Positions 29,341-44,000 of a stretch of DNA of 64,000 bases are shown here, one piece after another. Below the pieces are notes generated by a model. That model saw nothing but the letters and a program-made list of their open reading frames with translations, was not told the origin of the DNA and made no database searches. Source of the stretch: Candidatus Gastranaerophilales bacterium (GTDB lineage: Bacteria > Cyanobacteriota > Vampirovibrionia > Gastranaerophilales > Gastranaerophilaceae); assembly GCA_944324485.1 (NCBI GenBank), contig CALUWM010000003.1:3612-67611 (forward strand), read 5' to 3'. A program made the translations under genes and the position numbers. Numbering within the stretch: the stretch's first letter is position 1; every line of letters starts with the position of its first letter.

Positions 29341-30782
29341 TATACATTATTCAATCTTTTTATTACTTCATCTTTGCCTAAGATTTGTATAATTGCGACC
29401 ATATCAGCTCCTCTTGTTCTGCCTGTGAGTTTTGCTCTTATGGCCCACATGGTTTCTTTTGGTTTATATCCTTTATTTTCCTTGAAGTAAGTTCTAAAAT
29501 CTGCTAGTTTATCGTGTATATCTTCAGCGCTTTCAAAATTGTAGTTTAAAACATCTTGCCTAAATTTTTCTAAGACATCTTTTGATAAATCAGACGCAAG
29601 CAGTTCTTTTACTTCAGTGTAATTAGGAGTTTCAAAGAAATATTGTGTGTCGAATACTAAATCTTTTAAAAGAGTTATAGGTTCTCTTGTAACTTCTATT
29701 ATGTGTTCGAGTTGTTTTCTTGAATATTTGTTTAAGTCATATTCTTTTAGAAATGGAATTGCTAAGTCAGTTAATTTTGAAATATCCATTTTTTTAATAT
29801 ATTGACCATTCATCCAATTTAATTTTTCATATTCAAAAATTGAATTAGAACTTGATACTTCATTAATTCTAAAATCTGCTGCAATTTCATCAACATTTTT
29901 AATTTCAACACCATCTGAAGGTGCCCAGCCTAATAAAGCTACAAAATTTAATAGAGCATCAGTTAGATAGCCTTCTTTAATAAAATCTGATACTGCAGTT
30001 GCACCATGACGTTTAGAAAGTTTGCTTCTATCCGGAGCTAAAATCATTCCCAAGTGTCCAAATTTAGGAACTTTAGCACCAAGTGCTTCATATATTAAAA
30101 TTTGTTTTGGTGTATTTGAAATGTGGTCTTCACCCCTTATAACGTGTGTAATTTCCATTAACATATCATCAACTACAACGGCAAAATTATAAGTTGGTGT
30201 GCCATTTGATTTCATTATTGCAAAATCACCTATAAGACCGGTATCAAATTTTAATTCACCTTTGACAAGGTCATTAAAAATAAGTTCTTTAGCTTCAACT
30301 TTAAATCTGATAGAAGGAACAATACCTTTTGCTTTTAGTGCATTTTTTTCTTCTTTTGTCAAATTTAAACATTTTCTTGAATATTTATAGGGAATTTTCT
30401 TTTGTTCGGCGATTTCGTGTTCTTTGTCTAAATCTTCTTGAGAACAAAAACATTCATAAGCATATCCTTTGTCAATTAGCATTTGTGCAAATTTAGGGTA
30501 TATATCAAATCTTTCAGACTGTTTGTATGGACCGTAGTTTCCACCAACATCAGGACCTTCGTCCCAATTTAAACCCAGAGCTTTTAAGCTATCGAAAATA
30601 TTTTGTTTATACGCTTCAGAACTTCTGTCTAAATCGGTATCTTCAATTCTAAGAACGTATTTACCACCGGTTTTTTTTGCAAAAAGAAAATTAAAGAGAG
30701 CTGTTCTTGCAGTTCCGATATGTAAATTGCCGGATGGAGACGGTGCTATTCTTACTCTAACTTTTTCTTCCGTATTAGTCAT
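29340..30782 (-). CDS. gltX: glutamate--tRNA ligase
   Basis: RIAPSPSGNLHIGTART (HIGH) and KLSKRHG (KMSKS). Confidence 0.95.
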   Translation of the reverse strand: MTNTEEKVRVRIAPSPSGNLHIGTARTALFNFLFAKKTGGKYVLRIEDTDLDRSSEAYKQNIFDSLKALGLNWDEGPDVGGNYGPYKQSERFDIYPKFAQMLIDKGYAYECFCSQEDLDKEHEIAEQKKIPYKYSRKCLNLTKEEKNALKAKGIVPSIRFKVEAKELIFNDLVKGELKFDTGLIGDFAIMKSNGTPTYNFAVVVDDMLMEITHVIRGEDHISNTPKQILIYEALGAKVPKFGHLGMILAPDRSKLSKRHGATAVSDFIKEGYLTDALLNFVALLGWAPSDGVEIKNVDEIAADFRINEVSSSNSIFEYEKLNWMNGQYIKKMDISKLTDLAIPFLKEYDLNKYSRKQLEHIIEVTREPITLLKDLVFDTQYFFETPNYTEVKELLASDLSKDVLEKFRQDVLNYNFESAEDIHDKLADFRTYFKENKGYKPKETMWAIRAKLTGRTRGADMVAIIQILGKDEVIKRLNNV

Positions 30783-30852
30783 TATATTTTCCTCATTAAA
30801 TAACTTTCAAGTTTATGTTACTACAAAAACAAATTTATGTTATTATTTTTCT

Positions 30853-32121
30853 ATGGATAAAAAATTAAAATTGGGAATTATTGGTTTAGGTACCGTTGGA
30901 CAAGGCGTAGTTAAAGTATTATCGCCCTTTGATGATATTGAAATTGTTGGAGCTGCTGTAAAAAATCTTTCAAAAAAACGTGATGTTGAAATTAAATGCT
31001 TAACAGATAATCCATTTGATCTGGCTAATAATGTTGATATTGATGTCATAGTTGAGGTTGCAGGTGGGCTTGGAGTATATGACGTTTTAAAGACGGCTAT
31101 TAAGAATAAAAAACATATAGTTACTGCAAATAAAGAATTACTTGCCAGACACGGATCTGAACTTTTTGATTTAGCACGAGAAAATGACGTAATTATTATG
31201 TATGAAGCTGCTGTTGCGGGCGGTATACCAATTATTTATCCTATTAAATCAAGTTTGAGTGCTAATTCTTTTTCTTCTGTTGCAGGAATACTTAACGGAA
31301 CGACTAATTATATATTAACCAAGATGGAAGAAGATAACTTAAGTTATCATGATTGTCTTTTAAAAGCTCAAGAACTTGGATATGCTGAAACTGATCCAAC
31401 GGGTGATGTTGAAGGCTATGACGCTATGTATAAAATAGCTATTTTATCTAATATTGCATTTAACAAAAGAATTGATATAGATAAAATATATCGAGAAGGA
31501 ATTTCAAATATTTCATCATTGGATATGAAATTGGCAGATGAATTTGGTTATAAAATAAAGCTTATTGCTCTTTCAAAAAAAATGAATGATTTATCTGGCA
31601 ATGAATGTTTGGATATAAGAGTTCATCCGATGCTTGTTTCTAAAAATAAATCATTGGCAGATATTAAGAACGCAACAAATGCTGTTATGCTAGATGGTTT
31701 TCCTGTTGGAGAAGTTATGTTTGTTGGCGCTGGTGCTGGAGAATTTCCGACAGCAAGTTCTGTCGTTGGTGATATTCTTACAATTAAGTCTGAATTTAAT
31801 TCAAATGGCGAAATATTACCTATGACGGTTTGTCATCATAGCGACTATGCTAATCAAATAAATATTGAAGACACTATAAATTGCTACTATTTAAGAATAA
31901 AAGCAGCAAATACTCCCGGAACTATTGGTAAAATTGGTCTTGCATGTGGTAAATATAATATTAATCTTTCTTGTATTTTACAAAAAGGTGTAAATGACGA
32001 TAGAAGCGCTACAATTATTGTTATTACTGAGGAGTGTTACGAAAAAGATATTAATTTAATGATAAAAGATGTAGAGCAGACATCTGAAGTTAGGGTTTTA
32101 AATAGAATAAGGGTCATGTAG
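30853..32121 (+). CDS. hom: homoserine dehydrogenase
   Basis: LKLGIIGLGTVGQGV Rossmann start and a C-terminal ACT-like domain. The ORF-track start 30727 would overlap gltX, so ATG 30853 is chosen. Confidence 0.92.
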   Translation: MDKKLKLGIIGLGTVGQGVVKVLSPFDDIEIVGAAVKNLSKKRDVEIKCLTDNPFDLANNVDIDVIVEVAGGLGVYDVLKTAIKNKKHIVTANKELLARHGSELFDLARENDVIIMYEAAVAGGIPIIYPIKSSLSANSFSSVAGILNGTTNYILTKMEEDNLSYHDCLLKAQELGYAETDPTGDVEGYDAMYKIAILSNIAFNKRIDIDKIYREGISNISSLDMKLADEFGYKIKLIALSKKMNDLSGNECLDIRVHPMLVSKNKSLADIKNATNAVMLDGFPVGEVMFVGAGAGEFPTASSVVGDILTIKSEFNSNGEILPMTVCHHSDYANQINIEDTINCYYLRIKAANTPGTIGKIGLACGKYNINLSCILQKGVNDDRSATIIVITEECYEKDINLMIKDVEQTSEVRVLNRIRVM

Positions 32122-33174
32122 ATGAAATATATGGGATTGATTGACAAATATCGTAAGTATTTGCCTGTTAGTGATAATACTGAAATTGTTTCACTCTGTG
32201 AGGGCGCTACTCCTCTTATTAAGGCTGATAATTTGGCAAAAGAAATCGGTCTTAATATTAATCTTTATTTAAAATATGAAGGACTTAACCCAACAGGAAG
32301 CTTTAAAGACAGAGGAATGACCATGGCTGTTACAAAAGCTAAAGAAGATGGCTCTAAAGCTATTATCTGTGCTTCTACCGGTAACACGTCTGCGTCTGCT
32401 GCCGCATATGCTGCTAGAGCAAAGATGAAATGTTGCGTCCTTATTCCTGACGGACATATTGCAATGGGTAAATTGTCTCAAGCAATGATGTATGGTGCTA
32501 ATATTATTGCAATTAACGGTAACTTTGATGAAGCATTAACAGCTGTTAGAGAAATTTCTTCAAAATATCCAATTACTTTGGTAAATTCCGTTAATCCTTA
32601 TAGAATTGAAGGTCAAAAAACAGGTGCTTTTGAAATTGTTGATGATTTGGGTGATGCACCTGATTATCATTTTATACCCGTTGGAAATGCTGGAAATATT
32701 ACTGCATATTGGAAAGGGTATAGAGAATATTTTAGTGAAAATAAATGTACAAAATTACCAAAAATGATGGGGATTCAAGCCGAAGGGGCTGCTCCTATTG
32801 TTCTTGGGCATAAAGTTGACAACCCTGAAACAATTGCAACCGCAATAAGAATTGGAAATCCTGCAAGTTGGGATAAAGCTGTTTGTGCTCTTAATGAATC
32901 TTCAGGTTGTATAGATATGGTTTCTGACAGGGATATACTTGATGCTTATGTTCTTTTAACGAGAACCGAGGGGGTTTTCTGTGAACCTGCTTCCGCATCA
33001 AGTGTTGCTGGTTTAATTAAGCTTAAAGATACAATAAAAGAAAACTCAACAGTTGTTTGCATATTAACCGGAAATGGACTTAAGGATCCAAATAATGCCA
33101 TTGAATATTCAAATAACGAGATTCATAAATCAAGTTCAAATATAAAAGACATAGTAAATATTATTAATTTATAG
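32122..33174 (+). CDS. thrC: threonine synthase
   Basis: [13 protein letters not shown]-lysine motif. Starts directly after the hom stop. Confidence 0.95.
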   Translation: MKYMGLIDKYRKYLPVSDNTEIVSLCEGATPLIKADNLAKEIGLNINLYLKYEGLNPTGSFKDRGMTMAVTKAKEDGSKAIICASTGNTSASAAAYAARAKMKCCVLIPDGHIAMGKLSQAMMYGANIIAINGNFDEALTAVREISSKYPITLVNSVNPYRIEGQKTGAFEIVDDLGDAPDYHFIPVGNAGNITAYWKGYREYFSENKCTKLPKMMGIQAEGAAPIVLGHKVDNPETIATAIRIGNPASWDKAVCALNESSGCIDMVSDRDILDAYVLLTRTEGVFCEPASASSVAGLIKLKDTIKENSTVVCILTGNGLKDPNNAIEYSNNEIHKSSSNIKDIVNIINL

Positions 33175-33183
33175 GAAAAAGTT

Positions 33184-35652
33184 ATGCTAGAAAAAGAATA
33201 TTATCCTCAACAAATTGAAAAAAAATGGTTTGATATCTGGGAAAAAGAAAAACCGTATAAGGTAGATGACGATTCAGATAAACCAAAATATTATGCCTTA
33301 TCAATGTTTCCGTATCCATCAGGAAAATTGCATATGGGCCATGTTAGAAATTATACAATAACTGATGTTGTTGCAAGGTTTAAAAAAGCTCAAGGATATA
33401 ACGTTTTACATCCAATGGGTTGGGATAGCTTTGGTCTACCGGCTGAAAATGCTGCTATACAACACGGCGCAAATCCCGAAAAATGGACTCTTGATAATAT
33501 TGAATATATGAAAAAACAGCTTAAAATGCTTGGATTATCTGTTGATTGGGATAGAGAAGTTACCACTTGCCTTCCTGATTACTACAAATGGACTCAATGG
33601 CTTTTTATCCAATTATTTAAAAAAGGACTTGCTTATAAAAAAACTGCTCCTGTAAATTGGTGTGAAAATTGTCATACTGTTCTTGCAAATGAACAGGTAA
33701 TTGATGGAAAATGTTGGAGATGTGATTCAGAGGTTACTAAAAAGAATTTATCGCAATGGTTCTTTAAAATTACAGAATACTCAGAAGAGCTCTTAAATGA
33801 TTTAAATTTACTTACCGGTTGGGGTGATAACGTTAAGACCATGCAATCAAATTGGATTGGTAAGTCTAATGGTGCAATCCTAAAGTTCAAGGTTAAGGAA
33901 TTAGAGGGGCTTGAAATTCCTGTTTATACAACAAGACCAGATACTGTATATGGAATTACATATTTGGTAGTTGCACCCGAGTATAAAGATATTGATAAAT
34001 TGACTACACCTGAAAACAAAGAAATTGTTGAGCAATACAGAAATAACGCAAAAAAACTTTCTGAAATAGAAAGGCTTTCAACTCAACGTGTTAAAACGGG
34101 TGTACCACTTGGAACACACATTATCAATCCTTTTACAGGTCGAGTTTGTCCTATTTGGGTTGCTGATTATGCTCTTGTAGATTATGGTACGGGCGCTGTA
34201 ATGGCTGTTCCATATCACGACAGTCGTGATTTTGAATTTGCAAAAAAATATAATCTTCCCATGATTCAAGTTATAACTGGTAATGATTTTAAAGAAGGTG
34301 AATGTTTTGAAGATAAGCAAGGTAAACTTATAAATAGTGCCCAGTTTGACGGACTTTGTGCAGAAGATGCTCGAGATAAAATAACACAGTTTGCTAAAGA
34401 ACAAGGCTTTGGCGAATTTAAAACACAATATCGCCTTAGAGATTGGTTAATTTCACGTCAAAGATATTGGGGTGCGCCTATACCTGTGGTTTATTGTCCT
34501 AAGTGTGGTGTAGTACCCATTCCTGAAGAAGATTTACCTGTTTTACTTCCAAAAGATGTTGATTTTTCAGTCAAAGGAAAATCGCCTGTTGAAACCAGCC
34601 CTACTTTTAGAGAAACATCATGTCCTGTTTGCGGATCAAAAGCACAAAGAGAGACTGATACCATGGATACTTTCGTGTGTTCAAGCTGGTATTATATGAG
34701 ATATAGTGATGCAAAAAATGACAAGCAATGTTTTAATAAAGACCTTGTTAATAAATGGCTTCCTGTTGACCAATATATTGGCGGCATTGAGCATGCTATA
34801 TTGCATCTTTTGTACTCCAGATTTTTTACAAAAGCACTTCGTGATATGGGTTTATTGGATTTTGACGAACCATTTAAAAATCTGTTAACTCAAGGAATGG
34901 TGCTAAAAGACGGATCTAAAATGTCAAAATCAAAAGGAAATACAGTTGATCCGGATGATATTTACAGAAATTATGGTGCTGATACTGCTCGTTTGTTTAT
35001 ATTATCCGATTCTCCACCTGCTCGTGATTTTGATTGGACTGATGCAGGTGTAGATGGCTGCTATAAGTTTATTTGTAGAGTTTATCGCTTGTATTCTAAA
35101 TTTCAAGACAAAATCAAAAAAGATTATACTTTTAATTTTGAAAATTTAGATAGAAAAGATGCTGATTTAGTCCGTGAAACTCACATAGCTATTAAGAAAA
35201 TTACTAAAGATATTGAAACTGAATTTCAGTTTAATACTGTAATTTCAAGATATCGTGAGTTTGTAAATTCAATATATGATTATATAAAAGATGAAAATGC
35301 TATTAATTACGATGTATTAAGTTTTGCTCTTTTAACTTTACTTAAATTAATCTCGCCTGTTTGCGTCTTTATGTCACAAGAGATTTATTCTTCCCTAGGG
35401 TTTGATGGTTTTATATATAATTTACCTTGGTGTGATTATGATGAAAACTTGGCAAAAAGTGCCAATATTACTTTAATAGTTCAAGTTAATGGTAAAATTA
35501 AAGATAAACTTGAGGTCGAATCTGATTTAGCTGATGATAATTTGAAAAAATTAGCTATGGAAGCACCAAAAACAAAAGAATTTATACAAGGAAAAACCGT
35601 TGTTAAAACAATAGTGGTCCCGAATAAATTAGTAAATATAGTTGTAAAATAA
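33184..35652 (+). CDS. leuS: leucine--tRNA ligase
   Basis: FPYPSGKLHMGHVRNY (HIGH) and KMSKSKGN. Lies 9 nt after thrC. Confidence 0.97.
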   Translation: MLEKEYYPQQIEKKWFDIWEKEKPYKVDDDSDKPKYYALSMFPYPSGKLHMGHVRNYTITDVVARFKKAQGYNVLHPMGWDSFGLPAENAAIQHGANPEKWTLDNIEYMKKQLKMLGLSVDWDREVTTCLPDYYKWTQWLFIQLFKKGLAYKKTAPVNWCENCHTVLANEQVIDGKCWRCDSEVTKKNLSQWFFKITEYSEELLNDLNLLTGWGDNVKTMQSNWIGKSNGAILKFKVKELEGLEIPVYTTRPDTVYGITYLVVAPEYKDIDKLTTPENKEIVEQYRNNAKKLSEIERLSTQRVKTGVPLGTHIINPFTGRVCPIWVADYALVDYGTGAVMAVPYHDSRDFEFAKKYNLPMIQVITGNDFKEGECFEDKQGKLINSAQFDGLCAEDARDKITQFAKEQGFGEFKTQYRLRDWLISRQRYWGAPIPVVYCPKCGVVPIPEEDLPVLLPKDVDFSVKGKSPVETSPTFRETSCPVCGSKAQRETDTMDTFVCSSWYYMRYSDAKNDKQCFNKDLVNKWLPVDQYIGGIEHAILHLLYSRFFTKALRDMGLLDFDEPFKNLLTQGMVLKDGSKMSKSKGNTVDPDDIYRNYGADTARLFILSDSPPARDFDWTDAGVDGCYKFICRVYRLYSKFQDKIKKDYTFNFENLDRKDADLVRETHIAIKKITKDIETEFQFNTVISRYREFVNSIYDYIKDENAINYDVLSFALLTLLKLISPVCVFMSQEIYSSLGFDGFIYNLPWCDYDENLAKSANITLIVQVNGKIKDKLEVESDLADDNLKKLAMEAPKTKEFIQGKTVVKTIVVPNKLVNIVVK

Positions 35653-35679
35653 AAAAGGAGGTTTTATCCTCCTTTTTTT
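35651..35679. terminator. bidirectional rho-independent terminator
   Basis: AAAAAAGGAGG-TTTTAT-CCTCCTTTTTT between convergent leuS and deoB. Confidence 0.8.
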
Positions 35680-36805
35680 ATAACAAATGTTTTTTGATTA
35701 CTTCACTAACATAGGTAAAGCTATCTTTTATACCTATATTTGTTCCGTTATAATTTTTTTTATACATTAAATATGGCACACATTCTCTTGTATGGTCTGA
35801 ACCTTTATATGTAGGGTCACAGCCATGGTCAGCGGTTATAATTAAAATATCATCATTTGTCATTGAGTTAATAAACTTAGGTATATAGGAATCGATTTCT
35901 TCGATTGCTTTTTTGTATCCAAGACTATCTCTTCTATGCCCATATAGCATGTCTGTATCAACCAAATTTGTAAATATTAAGTCACATTTTGAGTTTTGGA
36001 TAGCTAATAAAGTTTGATTTAGGCCATCAGTATTGCCTTTTGTCGGAATTTTTTCTGTAATACCGCTTCCGGTAAAGATGTCGTATATTTTTCCAATTCC
36101 AAGAACTTTTTTGTTGTTTTTTTCTAAAGTATTTAATATAGTGTCTTTGGGAGGTGCAACCGAATAATCATGTCTTAAAGCCCCTATTCTTGTAGGTTTG
36201 TTATCAATAACCTTATATGGTCTTGCAATTACCCTTGAAATTCCTGCTTTATTATCATCAAGAATTTTTCTTGCTATTTTGCACCATTCATATAATGTTT
36301 CAACAGGAATCAAGTCTATATCAAGTGCTATTTGAAAAACACTATCTGCTGACGTATATATAATAGGAAATTTTGTCTTTTGGTGTTCATCATTTAAGTT
36401 TTCAATTATTTTTGTACCTGAAGCCGGATAATTTCCTAATATTCCTTTACAATTAGTCTTTTTTATAAATTCATCTATTATTTTATCATCGAATTTTTGA
36501 TACGTTTTAAATGGATTATCTAAAATTAGCCCCATAAGCTCCCAATGACCCGTTGTTGTGTCTTTGCCTTTTGACTTCATCTTCAATATTCCATAATCAG
36601 CAGTTGGACAATTTGTCCTTTTTACACCTTTAATTTCTTTTATGTTTCCAAGTCCCATTTTTTCAAGATTTTTTACGTCTAAACCGTTTTGCTGATTTGC
36701 TAAGTTGCAAAGAGTGTTTACGGTTAAATCATCACCAAATTCCTCGGCATCAGCAAGTGCGCCAATGCCCATTGAATCAATTACTATAACTATGGCTCTT
36801 TTCAT
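35678..36805 (-). CDS. deoB: phosphopentomutase
   Basis: VIDSMGIGALADAEEFGD N-terminus and ITADHGCDP. Confidence 0.92.
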   Translation of the reverse strand: MKRAIVIVIDSMGIGALADAEEFGDDLTVNTLCNLANQQNGLDVKNLEKMGLGNIKEIKGVKRTNCPTADYGILKMKSKGKDTTTGHWELMGLILDNPFKTYQKFDDKIIDEFIKKTNCKGILGNYPASGTKIIENLNDEHQKTKFPIIYTSADSVFQIALDIDLIPVETLYEWCKIARKILDDNKAGISRVIARPYKVIDNKPTRIGALRHDYSVAPPKDTILNTLEKNNKKVLGIGKIYDIFTGSGITEKIPTKGNTDGLNQTLLAIQNSKCDLIFTNLVDTDMLYGHRRDSLGYKKAIEEIDSYIPKFINSMTNDDILIITADHGCDPTYKGSDHTRECVPYLMYKKNYNGTNIGIKDSFTYVSEVIKKHLL

Positions 36806-38131
36806 TTATACTATCACCTCAACATCATTATTTAAATAATCCAAATGCCATTTTTGTATTGCTTCTCCGGGGTATAAAAGACCGATTCCGGGTGGATATG
36901 GTAAAATCATCTTATTTGAAATTTTTAAAAGTGAATCTTGTTTATTAATAAAAATGTAGTTACGATTAAATGTATCAACAGGCTGTATCTTAACCAAAGG
37001 AAATGGTTGAAAATCCACAGATAAAGGTTCAAAAGATGGGTTTGTTTGTACTTTTTTTAGTGCATTTTTTAGTTTTTCTAATTTTTGCTTTGTTGTACCA
37101 ATGCCACAGAGATATAAACATCCGATGGCATTATTTAATTCATCTTCTATTTTGTAGTCATCAAACATAAAATCGGATAAATCAAACCCTGATATACCAT
37201 CTTTTTTTAAAAAAAGCTTTGTAGGGTCATGAAAATCATCTTCGAAAAATTCTACTCCAAAACGCCTTAACTCATTTTTAAATTTGTCAATTTCTAACAA
37301 TAAATTTTGTATTTCATCATAGCCATTTTTGGAATTTAAATAATTAAGACATGCTTCAATATTAGCTAAAAGTGGATATGATGGAGATGTTGTTTGAAAA
37401 AGATTAATTGCTTTTTGAAATGTTAACGAATCGATGTTTCTAATATCTTTATTTATGTTTAACAGTGCAGTTTGATTTAGCGCACCCGCAGTTTTATGAA
37501 GAGAATTTACCGATACATCTGCACCTTGGTTTATTGCAGTTTGTGGTAAAATATCTGAAAAATTATAAAGTGCACCGTGTGCTTCATCAACTATTAAATA
37601 AGTATTATATCTTTTGCATATTTCTGAAATTTTCTTAATATCAGAATTAACACCCTCATATGTGGGACTAGTCATTATGAATACTTTATAACTGTTTAGC
37701 TGTAATGTTGATTCAAGTTTTTTAGGGTCAATTTTTGTATATATGCCCCATTCTTTGTTAGTTTCAGGCATAAACCAATCAACATATCCGGCAGTTAAAA
37801 TTAGCCCACTAAAAACAGATTTGTGGCAGTTTCTCGCTACCAATACTTTATCTGCTGGGTTTATAAGTGCTTTCATAGCGGCATGTATTGCCGTTGTGGT
37901 TCCTTGAGTTATAAAATAAGTATTTTTTGTATTTAATATGTCTGCTGCTTTGCCTTGTGCCATAAGTATGGAATTTTTAGGATCTGATAGATTGTCATAT
38001 CCTTCTATTTCAGAAAAGTCGTTTTTATAAAAACAATCATAATTTTGGCTAAAAACAGCTTTTTGATTGTGTGTTGGTGTAGTAAAAATTGTTCTTTCAA
38101 GTTTTTTGCTTAATAATTTGATTATACTCAT
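36806..38131 (-). CDS. PLP-dependent Orn/Lys/Arg decarboxylase-family protein
   Basis: VDEAHGA and SLHKTAGALNQTA (PLP Lys). The stop abuts the deoB start (TAAATG). Confidence 0.75.
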   Translation of the reverse strand: MSIIKLLSKKLERTIFTTPTHNQKAVFSQNYDCFYKNDFSEIEGYDNLSDPKNSILMAQGKAADILNTKNTYFITQGTTTAIHAAMKALINPADKVLVARNCHKSVFSGLILTAGYVDWFMPETNKEWGIYTKIDPKKLESTLQLNSYKVFIMTSPTYEGVNSDIKKISEICKRYNTYLIVDEAHGALYNFSDILPQTAINQGADVSVNSLHKTAGALNQTALLNINKDIRNIDSLTFQKAINLFQTTSPSYPLLANIEACLNYLNSKNGYDEIQNLLLEIDKFKNELRRFGVEFFEDDFHDPTKLFLKKDGISGFDLSDFMFDDYKIEDELNNAIGCLYLCGIGTTKQKLEKLKNALKKVQTNPSFEPLSVDFQPFPLVKIQPVDTFNRNYIFINKQDSLLKISNKMILPYPPGIGLLYPGEAIQKWHLDYLNNDVEVIV

Positions 38132-38133
38132 AA

Positions 38134-40891
<2,758 letters not shown>

Positions 40892-41001
40892 TTACTTGCT
40901 TTTTTTCTGTGATGATGATATTTTTATATTGTTAGCACCGTATGGAATTATTATTTTCTAATTTTTGGTGCATTTTGTGAGTAGTTTGTCACGGATAATT
41001 T

Positions 41002-44000
41002 GTGAAGTATACATTTAACAATAAATTTTTAAAAGATAATTCTAAACCTGGCTCTTTTCGTAGAGGATATGAAACTTATCAAAAGGGCCTGGTTGAGGAT
41101 GTTAAATTTAATGAAAATATAGTACGTGCAAAAGTAAAAGGAAATTATAAATCTCATTATGATGTTGGGATTAAGTTTACTAAATCGGATGTTCGTCCTA
41201 CATGCAACTGTCCTTTAGAAGAACCTTGGTGCAAACATACTATTGCTCTTGGTTTTTATTCGTTAAAAAATCATTTTTGGGAAGAATTTTTATATGAAAA
41301 GTTAAACATCGAGCCAAATTTAATTGATGAAGATTTGGCGATGAATGAAAACCCGCAAGGTGACTTTATTTTTCACTTTAATCCTAAACGTAGACAAAAT
41401 TTCTTTTCAATTTTAGTTATGAATAGACATACTAAAAAAGTTATAAGGGATTTAGAGGCAGTATTTAAGCAAATTATAGCAAGACAAAAAGAAGAAGAGA
41501 ATTTTGAATTAACTAATTCTCAAAAGCTAGAAGTTGTCATGTTTAAGATGCTTTTAAGTAAATCTCGTCTGGATAAAAAATCCGGTTGGTATGATATTCA
41601 AATAAATAAATTTGACGAATTTTTTAAAATGCTTTCGAAGCTTGATGATGTTATAGATGCTAAAACACACAAAAAAATAAGATTTGCTCAAGATATATGG
41701 AATTTATGTTTAGATGTAAATGTTTCATATGTTGGTAATGTTTTATTGAGTTTATACTGGAAACGACCGGATATTGATGAAATTTATCCATTTGAAGAAG
41801 TCAGATATTTTTCAAGACAGCTTAAATGGGGAAGATATAAAGATGTTATTTTTCAAACAGATACTTCTGTTAGTGTAATTCCACAATATCTTACAAAAGC
41901 CAGTTTTTCAGATATTAAAGATGCTGATGGCGGTAAATTTGTATATGAAGAATTACCAAAACTCAGAGAAGTTATGACAGTAAATTTGTCTGATGAAATG
42001 GAAAAACTTTCATTTGAAAAGCGTCCGCCTAAGTGCATTGTAGAACTTGGAATAGACTACGATCAGTCACTTAAAGCATCGTTGGAGTTTGAATATGATG
42101 GAGTTAGAGTTCCTTACCAAAAGCAATACAAAAGTCCTTATGTTACAATAAAAGATCCTGACAAAGATTTATTATACTGGGTTAAAAGAGATATGCAATT
42201 TGAACAATCAGCATATCAAATGCTACTTGCGTGCAGGTTTGCTCCCGTTCAATCGAACAATCTTGCTCTAGATAAAGAATTTGCTGTCGATTTTTATAAT
42301 TACTATATTTCAAAAGCAGGTAAAAATTGGCAATTTATTGAAAAAGATGATTTATCTTTTTATAAATTAAACAAAAAAGGTTTAAAATTAGTTGCAGATA
42401 TAGACTTTCTGCCTGAAAGCATTGATAAGTTTTATATAAGCTTAAAAGGCTTGGCTGATGATAAAGAACTCGATTTTGAAAAAATAATTGATATGACATA
42501 TGAAGGGTCTAAATATTTTAATATACCTTCAGGTGGTCAGGTTTCTATTCCTACTGATGATATTTTATCACTTTTAAAATCGTTCAATACATATGATGTA
42601 TACAAAAATGATGAAGAAAAATACATTGTTAGAACGTATAGAGCCGGTGTTGTATCTGAAATGGAAAAAATGGGTATAACGCTCAAAATGAGCAGAAAGT
42701 TTTCAAAATTTTGGAAAGAAATATCAACATTTTCCACTATGGATACTACGCCTCTTCCAAAAACAGTTAAAGCGGAACTTCGTGAATATCAATTAAAAGG
42801 TTATACTTGGCTTTGGTTTTTGTATAAGTATGGCTTAAATGGAGTTTTGGCAGATGATATGGGATTAGGTAAGACATTGCAAACTCTTACTTTACTTCAA
42901 AAAGCAAAAGAAAAAGACGGTAAAGAGCCTACGCTTGTTGTTTGTCCTACTTCGGTTGTATTTAATTGGGAAAAAGAAATTGATAAATTTGCTGCAAATT
43001 TAAAATATTTAACATTAACAGGTACTGAAAGAAAGTCTAAATTTAAGGAAATTGATAATTATGATGTCGTAATTACAAGTTATGCTCTTGTAAGACGTGA
43101 TATTGAATGTTTAAAAAAACACAAATTCAGATATGTAATATTGGATGAATCCCAAAATATAAAAAATTCAACAAGTCAAACTTCAAAAGCTTGTAAAATG
43201 TTAAATTCTTCTCATAGACTTGCTTTATCCGGTACCCCCATAGAAAACAAATTAGAAGAGTTATGGAGCGTTTTTGATTTCTTGATGCCAGGATTTTTAT
43301 TTGATGCTAATGAATTTAATCATAGATTTGTTAATCCAATTGTTGAAAATGAAGATACCGAAGTTCAAAAGCGTCTAAAATCACAGATTTATCCGTTTAT
43401 TTTGAGAAGAATGAAGCGTGACGTTGCGAAAGATTTACCTGATAAAATTGAGTCAGTTGCTTATTGTGAACTTACATCTGAACAAAAAGATTTGTATTTG
43501 CAGGTGCTTGATTCAACTAAAGAAGAATTATTTAAGTCAATCGAAACTGTTGGACTTGAAAAATCTCGCATGTCAATTTTCTCTGCCCTTTTGCGTTTGA
43601 GGCAAATATGCTGTCATCCTCGCTTGTATGATAAAGAAGGTAAGCTTGGAATTAATGAATCAGGCAAATTTGAACAACTACAATCAATGCTTGAAGAAAT
43701 CATTGCAGAAAAACATAGAATATTATTATTCTCACAATTTGTCGGAATGCTTGATATAATTAAATCGTGGCTTGAACAAAAAGGCATTAAGCATGAATAC
43801 TTATCAGGTAAAACTAAAGATAGAGAAGCTGTTGTCGATAGGTTTAACAACGATCCGACAATTCCTATATTCCTTGTATCTCTTAAAGCAGGTGGAACAG
43901 GTTTGAATTTAACAGGCGCTGATTATGTTATACATTATGACCCATGGTGGAATCCTGCGGTTGAAGATCAGGCTACCGATAGAGCTTATCGTATTGGTCA

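Noticed and set aside
30812-30842. Direct repeat TTTATGTTA twice, 22 nt apart, upstream of hom.
   Set aside because: A 9-mer repeat in one of about 30 AT-rich intergenic regions is close to chance expectation. No palindromic or attenuator structure accompanies it.
30727-30852. N-terminal extension of the hom ORF that overlaps the gltX start.
   Set aside because: The extension is hydrophobic nonsense antisense to gltX. The Rossmann motif begins right after ATG 30853.
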